Shown: positions 45,998 to 54,773 of the stretch, one piece after another
How the letters are laid out: every line of letters starts with the position of its first letter
Position numbering within the stretch: the first letter of the stretch is position 1
Source of the DNA: Sedimentisphaerales bacterium
GTDB taxonomy: Bacteria; Planctomycetota; Phycisphaerae; Sedimentisphaerales; SM23-30
NCBI GenBank assembly: GCA_963663965.2
Contig: CAXXFK010000020.1
Span: forward strand, 224,001-288,000
Direction of reading: 5' to 3'
Length of the DNA: 64,000 nucleotides
Translations under genes and position numbers: made by a program
Notes under the pieces: generated by a model
Told to the model about the DNA's origin: nothing
What the model saw: the letters and a program-made list of their open reading frames with translations, nothing else
Databases searched by the model: none

Positions 45998-47428
45998 ATG
46001 AACTTTGCAGGGTATGACGCAGGACCGTTTTACGATGAAATGTTTACCCGTTCAGGTGAACCGCGACCGGGAAATCATCTGCTCCTTGAGCGAGTGGAAG
46101 CCCTGGGTGCGGGTGAATTGACGATCCGGCAGAAAGCGGCGGAAAAGGCGTTTTATGATTTAGGGATCACATTCAATGTCTATGGAAATGACGCGGATAC
46201 CGAAAAAATTTTTCCGTTCGACATTATCCCTCGCATCATCCAGGCATCCGAATGGGAGCGCCTGGAAGAAGGCCTGAAACAGCGCATTTATGCCCTCAAT
46301 CTGTTCATCGATGACATCTATCACGACCAGAAGATTGTCAAGGATGGCATGATTCCCGCCGACCTGATCCAGTCGTCTCAAGGCTTCTTTCCCCAGTGCG
46401 TGGGCATCGATCCGCCCCGGGGTATCTGGTGCCACATTACCGGCACCGATTTGATCCGGGATGAAACCGGTGCGTTCATGGTGCTCGAAGACAACCTCCG
46501 TTCGCCCTCGGGAGTGTCGTATGTTCTGTCAAATCGACGGATTCTCAAGCGCACCTTCCCGCAGGTGTTCGAGGCCTTGGACATCATGCCTGTGGAAGAT
46601 TACCCTACGATGCTGCTGGATATGTTTCAGGCGATCGCCCCGGTGGGTGTCCAGTCGCCCAAGTCGGTTTTGTTAACGCCCGGCAGCTACAACTCCGCAT
46701 ACTACGAACACTCCTATCTGGCAACGCAAACCGGTATCGATCTGGTCGGCGGTCAGGATCTGGTCGTTCACGACGGGGTTGTCAATGTCCGGACCACCAA
46801 AGGGTTGGTCCGCGTCGATGTCATTTATCGTCGTATCGGCGAAGATTATCTTGATCCCCAGGTTTTCCGCAGCGACTCCGTGCTGGGCGTTCCGGGGATT
46901 ATGGAAGTTTATCGCGCCGGCCGGGTCGCGATTGCCAACGCCCCGGGCACCGGCGTTGCCGATGACAAGGTAATCTATGCCTATGTGCCCCAAATCATTC
47001 GGTATTATCTGAACGAAGACCCCATTATCCCCAATGTGCAAACGTACTTGTGCTGGGAAAAAAATCATCTGGACCATGTCTTGAAAAATTTAAGTTCGCT
47101 CGTGGTGAAAGCGGCCAACGAAAGCGGGGGTTACGGCATGTTGATCGGACCCGCTTCGACACGCGAACAAATTGCGGAATTCGCGGAAAAAATCAAAACC
47201 AATCCGCGTAATTACATCGCCCAACCCACCCTGAAATTATCGCGTACCCCGGTTATTGTTGACGATCATTTTGAAGGTCGCCACGTGGATCTCCGGCCGT
47301 TTATCGTTTACGGCGAAGAGATCAGCGTTCTGCCCGGCGGCCTGACCCGGGTGGCGCTCGTCAAAGATTCTCTGGTGGTCAACTCATCTCAGGGTGGGGG
47401 CAGTAAGGACACCTGGATCGTGACATGA
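45998..47428 (+). CDS. Circularly permuted type 2 ATP-grasp protein
   Basis: FPFDIIPR, VLEDNLR.PSGVSY, DVIYRR, NAPGTGVADDK, GGYGMLIGP, RHVDLRPF, GGLTRVAL...SLVVNSSQGGGSKDTW. GAGG RBS. Confidence 0.93.
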   Translation: MNFAGYDAGPFYDEMFTRSGEPRPGNHLLLERVEALGAGELTIRQKAAEKAFYDLGITFNVYGNDADTEKIFPFDIIPRIIQASEWERLEEGLKQRIYALNLFIDDIYHDQKIVKDGMIPADLIQSSQGFFPQCVGIDPPRGIWCHITGTDLIRDETGAFMVLEDNLRSPSGVSYVLSNRRILKRTFPQVFEALDIMPVEDYPTMLLDMFQAIAPVGVQSPKSVLLTPGSYNSAYYEHSYLATQTGIDLVGGQDLVVHDGVVNVRTTKGLVRVDVIYRRIGEDYLDPQVFRSDSVLGVPGIMEVYRAGRVAIANAPGTGVADDKVIYAYVPQIIRYYLNEDPIIPNVQTYLCWEKNHLDHVLKNLSSLVVKAANESGGYGMLIGPASTREQIAEFAEKIKTNPRNYIAQPTLKLSRTPVIVDDHFEGRHVDLRPFIVYGEEISVLPGGLTRVALVKDSLVVNSSQGGGSKDTWIVT

Positions 47429-47456
47429 ACAACTCGCAGAGAAAGGATCCGATTCA

Positions 47457-48434
47457 ATGCTAAGCCGTGTAGCTGACGCTATCTACTGGATGGCCCGTGA
47501 TCTCGAACGGGCTGAAAACATCGCCCGCTTTTTAGATGTCAACTGGAACCTGGCGCTCGACCTTCCCAATACCAGACAGGATCCCTGGGGAGCCCTTATT
47601 ACCGCGACTGGGGATGGGGAGCTTTTTCGTCAGCATTACCGGGAAAGGTCCAGAGAAAATATTATTCAGTTTCTCTGGTTTGACAAATCGTCTCCCAATT
47701 CCATTATTTCATGTCTCCTCAGGGCCCGCGAAAACGCCAGGACGGTGCGGGAAATCATGCCGATTGAAATGTGGGAACAAATGAACAAATTATACCATTA
47801 TGTCGCGGATCAGTCCAGAGAGGGTCTGGAAAACAGAGACGCTTTAATTCAGTTTTGTGATGCGGTAAAATATGGCACGTTGGCCATCGGAGGATTGGCG
47901 GACGCAACGATGGATCACAACGAGACCGGGATGTTCTTTCATATGGGACGATTGATCGAACGGGCGGATAAGACATCTCGCATCCTTGACGTAAAATATT
48001 TCATCCTGTTGCCGGATTACGAACGAGTGGGCAGCAATATCGACCATGTTCAATGGACCGCGTTATTGAAAGCGACCTCGAGCCTGCAAGCCTACCGGCA
48101 ACGACACGGCCGGATCTTCCCGTACCTGGTCGCGGAGTTTCTCCTGCTGGATCGATACTTCCCCCGATCGGTCTACTATTGCTTGTGCGGCGCGCAGAGT
48201 TGCCTGCACGCGATTACCGGAACGCGCAAAGGCTCGTTTTCCAACGATGCCGAAAAGCAATTGGGGCGGTTGTGTTCGGAACTGGCCTATGTTAATATTG
48301 ATGATATCTTTGAACAGGGATTGCATGAATTCACGGATCAATTGCAAATCAAAATGAACACGGTTGATAACATGATTTATAATACCTTTTTCTCGAGAGT
48401 TCCTGCGGTGGAGAACACCCAAATCTCACAATAA
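47457..48434 (+). CDS. Alpha-E domain protein (DUF403)
   Basis: MLSRVAD.IYWM.R..ERAEN.AR, ARENAR, IERADKTSRILDVK, FPRSV. Confidence 0.92.
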   Translation: MLSRVADAIYWMARDLERAENIARFLDVNWNLALDLPNTRQDPWGALITATGDGELFRQHYRERSRENIIQFLWFDKSSPNSIISCLLRARENARTVREIMPIEMWEQMNKLYHYVADQSREGLENRDALIQFCDAVKYGTLAIGGLADATMDHNETGMFFHMGRLIERADKTSRILDVKYFILLPDYERVGSNIDHVQWTALLKATSSLQAYRQRHGRIFPYLVAEFLLLDRYFPRSVYYCLCGAQSCLHAITGTRKGSFSNDAEKQLGRLCSELAYVNIDDIFEQGLHEFTDQLQIKMNTVDNMIYNTFFSRVPAVENTQISQ

Positions 48435-48445
48435 CGGAGAATACT

Positions 48446-49198
48446 ATGACATTTTGTTTAGGTATCGTAGTCAAGGAGGGGCTGATTGGCATTGCGGATT
48501 CCCGGATCACTTCGGGCAATGAGGTGATCACCGCACGCAAGATTAAAGCGTATCAGACCGAAACGGGATCTTTTTTTCTGATGACGTCCGGCTTGCGGTC
48601 TATTCGGGATAAGTCATTGACCTACTTTGAAGAACAGTTGGAAAGGGATGATTGGATTGAACATGACAAGCTGTATAAAGTCGTCAACACGTTCGCGTCG
48701 CAAATACGCAAGGTAGCGGCCGAGGACAAGGCCGCGATCAAGGAAAATGGCTTGAATTTTGATATCTTCACCCTGATCGGCGGGCAGATGAAGGGCGACC
48801 CCGAACACATGCTCTATGTGATTTATCCGGAGGGCAACTGGGTTTCCGTAACCAAGGGCACACCCTACCATATCATTGGCGAGCGCGGCTATGGCAAACC
48901 TGTTTTAGATCGAACCTTACATTACAATGACCCGATCCGGTTTGCCCTGAAAGTTGGCTGTCTGGCCTTTGATTCAACTCGGATCAGCGCCTCTGATGTT
49001 GACTTTCCTGTTGATGTGGTGATTTATTTTAATGGCTCTAAGGAAATGGTTGAGCACCGGTTCATCTATGATGACCTCGCCGAAATATCCATGTGGTGGC
49101 AGGACCATCTGCGCCAATTGGTTCATGAACTGCCGGCGGAATGGATCGACAATATCGCCGAGATGTTGAAAAAAGTTTCCGATGACGAAATTCCTTAA
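48446..49198 (+). CDS. Proteasome-type Ntn protease (Anbu)
   Basis: N-terminal MTFC (Thr nucleophile), ADSR, GGQ..G.P..LY.IYPEGN, IGE..YGKP.LDR, FDST. Confidence 0.9.
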   Translation: MTFCLGIVVKEGLIGIADSRITSGNEVITARKIKAYQTETGSFFLMTSGLRSIRDKSLTYFEEQLERDDWIEHDKLYKVVNTFASQIRKVAAEDKAAIKENGLNFDIFTLIGGQMKGDPEHMLYVIYPEGNWVSVTKGTPYHIIGERGYGKPVLDRTLHYNDPIRFALKVGCLAFDSTRISASDVDFPVDVVIYFNGSKEMVEHRFIYDDLAEISMWWQDHLRQLVHELPAEWIDNIAEMLKKVSDDEIP

Positions 49199-49210
49199 TT
49201 TGAGCTAATC

Positions 49211-50059
49211 ATGCGATTTCATGTCCGCCACACCACGCAATATACCTATTCCCGGCCTGTTTTTATCGAGCCGCATAGGGTTCGATTACATCCCCGTTGC
49301 GATGCGGCTCAGACCTTGGAGCGATACGAGTTTAATATCACCCCAAAGCCGGCGGGTTGGGCGGAAAGTCTCGATGCTGAAAATAACACCGTTATCCAGC
49401 TTTGGTTCGAGGGCTTGCATGATCATTTCAAGATTGACATCGATGCCGAAGTGACAACGTTGCAGACCAATCCTTTTAGAGGTTTAATTACTGACGGAAT
49501 GGATCGACTCCCATTAACAGGTTTGGATCAGGATCCGATATTGCGCGCGTATTTAAAACCGGAGCATACACAGGATACCGATGAGAAGACCGGCAATTTA
49601 ATCAAAACCATTCTTGAGCAAGGCCAATATCGTATACTCGATTTTCTTGGCTGCCTGAATGAAACGCTGTATCAGTCTATCGAGAAAGTAGCACGGCGCG
49701 AATCCGGGATTCAGATGCCGCATCATACGCTCAGTTCGAAAAAAGGGGCCTGTCGAGACCTGGCCGCGGTTTTTATGGTTGCAGCGTCCCTGGTGGGTAT
49801 CCCCGCTCGTTTTGTCAGTGGTTATCAATTGGGCGATCCGGATGAACCATATAACGATTTGCATGCCTGGGCAGAGGTATTCATCCCGGGATTAGGATGG
49901 CGGGGCTATGACCCAACGCACGGTTTGGTGGTTGCGGACCGGCACATCGTGGTTGCTGCATCATACACCCCGGCGGGAGCGGCGCCCCTGACCGGGACAT
50001 TTCGGGGAACGGGCGCAATCTCGACACTGAAACATACGATTCAGATAGATGCTTGCTGA
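49211..50059 (+). CDS. Transglutaminase family protein
   Basis: H.T.Y.Y N-terminal domain, GACRD (Cys), GIPARFVSGY, HAWAEV, DPT. Confidence 0.92.
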   Translation: MRFHVRHTTQYTYSRPVFIEPHRVRLHPRCDAAQTLERYEFNITPKPAGWAESLDAENNTVIQLWFEGLHDHFKIDIDAEVTTLQTNPFRGLITDGMDRLPLTGLDQDPILRAYLKPEHTQDTDEKTGNLIKTILEQGQYRILDFLGCLNETLYQSIEKVARRESGIQMPHHTLSSKKGACRDLAAVFMVAASLVGIPARFVSGYQLGDPDEPYNDLHAWAEVFIPGLGWRGYDPTHGLVVADRHIVVAASYTPAGAAPLTGTFRGTGAISTLKHTIQIDAC

Positions 50060-50346
50060 TTTAAGGCGCTTACGAGTAAAATTTTGCTCAAAATGGCAAA
50101 GAAATCACAATATGAAGACCTATACAGCTGTGGCCCTGTTTAGATCCGGCGTTGCCGGTTTAGGATAGGATTAAAAGAAGCAGGAACTTGAAAACCTTTT
50201 AATCAGAATCCCTTGCCCGGTCGTCAGTTACACAATGCCCCCGGAATAGTCTCCAGAAAAATTCCATTTTAACCGTTAACATCCCCCCCTGCCACCCGTT
50301 ATAACATAAACAGATCTGATCCGGCCATTTAGTCTCAATCGTGATT

Positions 50347-52128
50347 ATGAAGCTGCGCGAAAAACTGACCATCCTCCTGATCCACCCGGCCGCTCCCCTG
50401 CTGGCAGCCGCCGTCGGTATTCTTCTGGCCCTGCCTTCCCTGGGCGCCGGCTGGCTGGCCGATGACTATTGGCACCGCGCGGTCTTTTCCAATACCACCA
50501 ATCAGGACAAAAACTTTCCCGGCAATACCGGCCGGCCGCTCGACCTGTTCCATTTCCTCTCCGGCGATCCCCAAACCAACCACGCCCTCATGGACGCCGG
50601 CCACCTGCCCTGGTGGGCCGATCCCAACGCCAAAGCCGCCTTCTGGCGCCCGCTCACCTGCCTCACCCATCTGCTCGATTACCGGCTCTGGCCCGGCCAC
50701 CCATCGCTCATGCACGCCCAGAGTATCCTCTGGTACGGTCTGCTCATCCTGCTCATCAGCCTGTTCTATCGCGATATCATGGGTCCCACCCTCGCCGCCG
50801 GCCTGGCCGCACTCCTGTTCGCCATCGATGACGCCCACGCCATGCCGGTTGCCTTTCTGGCCAATCGCAACACCCTCATCGCCGCGGTCTTCGCCCTGCT
50901 CACCCTGGCCGCTCACCATCACTGGCGACGCTACAATTCCATCCCGGCCCTGTTCTTCGCGCCCCTGTGCCTTTTGCTCAGCCTGCTGGCTAAAGAATCC
51001 GGCCTTGCCACCTTCGCCTACCTGCTGGCTTACGCCCTGTTTTACGACACCACCTCACTTAAAAGCCGCCTGCGCTCCCTGTTGCCCTACCTGTTCATCA
51101 TCATCTGCTGGCGCATCGCCTGGTCTTATCTGGACTACGGTGTTCACGCCATCGGCTGGTATATCGATCCACTCCACGAACCGGGCCGCTTCCTGCTGGC
51201 CGCTACCTGGCGGATCCCCCAACTGATCGCCGGTCTATTGACCCCCCTCTCAGCCAACCTGGTCTTTATCCTCGGCCCTGCCAATCCATTTCATATCGCC
51301 GCTGCGGTCATCTGCTGCCTGCTGGTGGCCGCCGCCTTTTTCAATCTGATCAAAACCGACCGAACCGCCCGTTTCTGGGCTGCCGGCGCCTTCCTGTCCA
51401 TCATCCCCCTGGCCACCACGCTCCCCTGCGACCGCATGCTGCTGTTCGCCTCCATTGGCGCCCTGCCCCTGATAGCCCTGTTCCTGACCCGCCTGCCAGA
51501 CTACGTTCAATCCGCACGCCGCTCCTTTGCCCAACGATTCAGCCGCCGCCTTTTCGCCTGGCTCCTCATCTTCACTCACGGCATCGCGGCGCCGCTCATC
51601 CTGGTCATCAGCGCCGCCGCGCCCATGGGCCCGCCCTCCCTTTTCCAGAAAATGACCCACATCGAAGCCGACGATACGGCCATCGCCCAACAGGACCTGA
51701 TCGTCGTTAACCCACCTTACAGCCTGTTGTCCGCCTATTTCCAGGTTGCCCGCCAACTGGACGGCCGGCCCGCCGCCCAGCATCTCCGTGTACTCAGTTC
51801 CGGCTTCTTTCCCATCACAATCACCCGCGCCGATGACCACACCCTCATCGTTCATCCCCAAAACGGTTTTACCCCGCTGGTCTTCGACCACATCTTCCGC
51901 CGCCCGGAAAACCCCATGCGTCTCCACGAAACCGTTCAACTCACCGGTCTGACTATTGAAATCACCCAGGTCAACACCAACCACCAGCCCACCGAAGCCC
52001 GCTTCACCTTCCAGCACCCGCTCGAAAGCCCCCACTACTGCTGGCGTTACTGGCACCAAGGCCGGTACCAGCCCTTCACCCCGCCCCAACCCGGCCAGTC
52101 CGTCACCATCACACTCACCGGCAATTAA
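50347..52128 (+). CDS. Multi-pass membrane protein, GT-C-like (TMTC/PMT-type) glycosyltransferase
   Basis: DDY after TM1, FWRPL, H.....W, ANRN, LLAKES, DRMLL; many TM helices and a soluble C-terminal domain. Confidence 0.6.
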   Translation: MKLREKLTILLIHPAAPLLAAAVGILLALPSLGAGWLADDYWHRAVFSNTTNQDKNFPGNTGRPLDLFHFLSGDPQTNHALMDAGHLPWWADPNAKAAFWRPLTCLTHLLDYRLWPGHPSLMHAQSILWYGLLILLISLFYRDIMGPTLAAGLAALLFAIDDAHAMPVAFLANRNTLIAAVFALLTLAAHHHWRRYNSIPALFFAPLCLLLSLLAKESGLATFAYLLAYALFYDTTSLKSRLRSLLPYLFIIICWRIAWSYLDYGVHAIGWYIDPLHEPGRFLLAATWRIPQLIAGLLTPLSANLVFILGPANPFHIAAAVICCLLVAAAFFNLIKTDRTARFWAAGAFLSIIPLATTLPCDRMLLFASIGALPLIALFLTRLPDYVQSARRSFAQRFSRRLFAWLLIFTHGIAAPLILVISAAAPMGPPSLFQKMTHIEADDTAIAQQDLIVVNPPYSLLSAYFQVARQLDGRPAAQHLRVLSSGFFPITITRADDHTLIVHPQNGFTPLVFDHIFRRPENPMRLHETVQLTGLTIEITQVNTNHQPTEARFTFQHPLESPHYCWRYWHQGRYQPFTPPQPGQSVTITLTGN

Positions 52129-52269
52129 ATTCCACCCAACCCAATCAAGCCTCCGGCTTTTATTGGCGTTTATACGCGTCCAATCGTGGTTCTTTTTTGA
52201 CTCCGGCACTGCCGGCCCGGCTGTTTTCTTTGCGACTTCTATGATGCCACTATTCTGCCTGTTCAATCC

Positions 52270-52296
52270 AAAAAAAAAGGCGGCCTTCAGACCGCC
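52270..52296 (-). terminator. Intrinsic terminator of the DUF1080 gene
   Basis: Minus strand GGCGGTC-TGAA-GGCCGCC followed by T9. Confidence 0.75.
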
Positions 52297-52323
52297 CCAT
52301 GTACATCGCTTTGTATTAACCGG

Positions 52324-52974
52324 CTATTTCAACGATTCCAGGTAAATATTGCGGAACTCAATCGCCGACCCTTCCGATTGCAGACAGATCGGCCCCGAAG
52401 TCAAACTGGCGTCAGTACCGTAGTTTTGCAGCTCGCCATTGACATACAGCCAGACATTATCCCCCAGGCAGACAATATCATACTTGTTCCATTGCCCCGG
52501 CTCTTTTTCGTTACAGGGATTTTTCTTGGGCGCGATCTTGAAAATCGTATCGCCTTCCGGCTTGATCACCTTGCCATCCACAGTAATCGCCGCCCCATGC
52601 TGTATCGTCACAATATCCCCGGCGCTTTCATGCTTGAGCTGCGCCTCAATACAGATCGGCCAGACCTGATCCTCGCCGGTCGCATGCAGCAGCACCCCGC
52701 TATTGGTCGGCTCATCCACCCAGCGCCATTCCACATGCAGCTTGTAATTACTGTAACTGTCAGCCGTCCGAATATACCCGTTGGGCTTACCCACACAATG
52801 CATCACCCCATCGTCCGTCACCGACCATACCTGATCCGGCGTCGCGCTGTCATCCACCAGACAAGTCTTCCACCCACTCAAATCCTTGCCATTAAACAGC
52901 ATCGTCCGCTGTGATGAACAACCCATCAAACCCATCGCCATCACTAACAACCCTAACATCAGTACTTTCTTCAT
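52324..52974 (-). CDS. DUF1080 (3-keto-disaccharide hydrolase-like) lipoprotein
   Basis: Lipobox LMGC, LFNGKDLSGW, NSGV, E.Q, GQWN.Y.I, VNG, G.I.LQSEG..IEFRNI. Confidence 0.88.
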   Translation of the reverse strand: MKKVLMLGLLVMAMGLMGCSSQRTMLFNGKDLSGWKTCLVDDSATPDQVWSVTDDGVMHCVGKPNGYIRTADSYSNYKLHVEWRWVDEPTNSGVLLHATGEDQVWPICIEAQLKHESAGDIVTIQHGAAITVDGKVIKPEGDTIFKIAPKKNPCNEKEPGQWNKYDIVCLGDNVWLYVNGELQNYGTDASLTSGPICLQSEGSAIEFRNIYLESLK

Positions 52975-53336
52975 GTTATGCTCCTTAAACTGAAATGAAT
53001 TAACACAGGTTAAATTCGATACGATTCTATTTTCCATTAGACACAAGCTACCATTTCTGGGCTGCCCAAACAAACGTAACTGGCCATCATAGCCCATTAT
53101 TATAGGCCGCTGCTCCATTATATCAACCCGGATCATAACCGATTATTGCCTTCAGGTAAAACATTTACCTCCCTACCGGATCAATAAGTTCCCGGTATCT
53201 GGATTTTTATGGCTTCAACAGCGCCTCATGCCTTAAACTACCAAATACCTCAAGCTGACCAATCCGGCCATATTTGCCAGCTATCGTCGAACCTTTTATC
53301 AATGGATACTGTTGTGTCATTTTCAACGGAGCCGTT

Positions 53337-54758
53337 ATGAACAGACGCGAATTTCTCAAACAGACCTCACTCGCCGCCACTACTGCATTCCTGGCCGGCC
53401 CAGCGGCACTCACCGCCGCCAACGCCAAACGCCCCAACATTCTCTACATCATCACCGATGAATGGGGCTATTACGAATTATCCTGCATGGGCCACCCCAT
53501 CCTGGAAACCCCCAACGTAGATAAGTTAGCCGCCGAAGGAATTCGCTTCACCCAATGCCTCGCCGGCAGCAGCCTGTGCGCCCCCACGCGCAGTGTTCTC
53601 ATGACCGGCCAGCACCCCGGCCATACTACCGTGCGTTCCAACGCCGGCGGTGGTGCCGCCGGTTCACTGCGCGCCGAGGATATCACCATCGCCCGGATAC
53701 TCAAGGATGCCGGCTACGTCACCGGCGGCTTTGGCAAATGGGGCCTGGGCGACTGCGGCACCACCGGTGTCCCGGAAAAACACGGCTTCGATACCTTCTA
53801 TGGCTATTACCATCAGGTCCATGCCCATTGCTATTTCCCGCGCTATCTGATCCGCAACTCTAAACTGGAATACCTGCCCGGCAATACTGGCGATACCTAC
53901 CAGGGCCAGACCTTTTCCCACGACCGCATCTATCAGGAAGCCCGCCAATTCATTATCGACAACAAAGACCGGCCCTTCTTCTGCTACTGTCCCTGGACCC
54001 CGCCCCATGGCCTCTGGGGCATCCCCGAAGAGGAGCCGGCCTGGCAGAAATATAAAGACAAACCCTGGACTGCCGGCCAGAGAAACCAGAACGATGCCAA
54101 AGTTTACGCCGCCATGATTCACATGGTGGACCGCCAGGTCGGTGAACTGCTGGCATTGCTGAAAGAGCTGAAAATCGATGAAAATACCATTGTCGTATTC
54201 TCCGGCGATAACGGCGGCCAGCGTTACTTCGGCAACTTCTTCGGACCCAATGACAATCCGGTTACCCAAAAAACCTTCAGAGGCCAGAAAGGCAACCTCT
54301 ACGAAGGCGGCCTGCGCGTCCCTTACATCGTATACTGGCCCGGCAAAATCAAACCCAACACGACCACAGACCACCTGTGCAGCTTCGCCGATGTGATGCC
54401 CACCCTCGCAGAACTCGCCGGCGCACAAGCACCAAAATCAATCGATGGAATTTCTTTTCTGCCCACCTTACTGGGCGAATCGAAGGCCGGCCACTCCCAG
54501 CAGCAGCATGAATACCTCTATTGGGAATTGACCGGCGCCCAGGCCGTTCGCATGAATAACTGGAAAGCCGTCAAACCCCGCAAGGCGGCTCAATGGGAAC
54601 TGTATGACCTGTCTGAAGATATCGAAGAATCCAACAACCTGGCCCAATCCCAGCCCGATATCCTGAAGAAAATGATAGCTTATGCTCAGCAGGCCCATAC
54701 TCCCAACGTCATCGGCGAAGTCCTCGATCCATCGCTGGCCTTCGATCGCAACTTCTGA
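53337..54758 (+). CDS. Arylsulfatase (S1 family) with TAT signal
   Basis: MNRREFLK, RPNILYIITD, CAPTR, GKWGLG, SGDNG, KGNLYEGGLRVP, WELYDL. Confidence 0.92.
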   Translation: MNRREFLKQTSLAATTAFLAGPAALTAANAKRPNILYIITDEWGYYELSCMGHPILETPNVDKLAAEGIRFTQCLAGSSLCAPTRSVLMTGQHPGHTTVRSNAGGGAAGSLRAEDITIARILKDAGYVTGGFGKWGLGDCGTTGVPEKHGFDTFYGYYHQVHAHCYFPRYLIRNSKLEYLPGNTGDTYQGQTFSHDRIYQEARQFIIDNKDRPFFCYCPWTPPHGLWGIPEEEPAWQKYKDKPWTAGQRNQNDAKVYAAMIHMVDRQVGELLALLKELKIDENTIVVFSGDNGGQRYFGNFFGPNDNPVTQKTFRGQKGNLYEGGLRVPYIVYWPGKIKPNTTTDHLCSFADVMPTLAELAGAQAPKSIDGISFLPTLLGESKAGHSQQQHEYLYWELTGAQAVRMNNWKAVKPRKAAQWELYDLSEDIEESNNLAQSQPDILKKMIAYAQQAHTPNVIGEVLDPSLAFDRNF

Positions 54759-54773
54759 TAAACTGCTTCAATC

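Noticed and set aside
53274..53336. N-terminal extensions given by the ORF track (also 45917, 53136, 57164, 20383)
   Set aside because: Downstream ATGs give proper RBS spacing, signal/TAT peptides or translational coupling, so the shorter starts were used.
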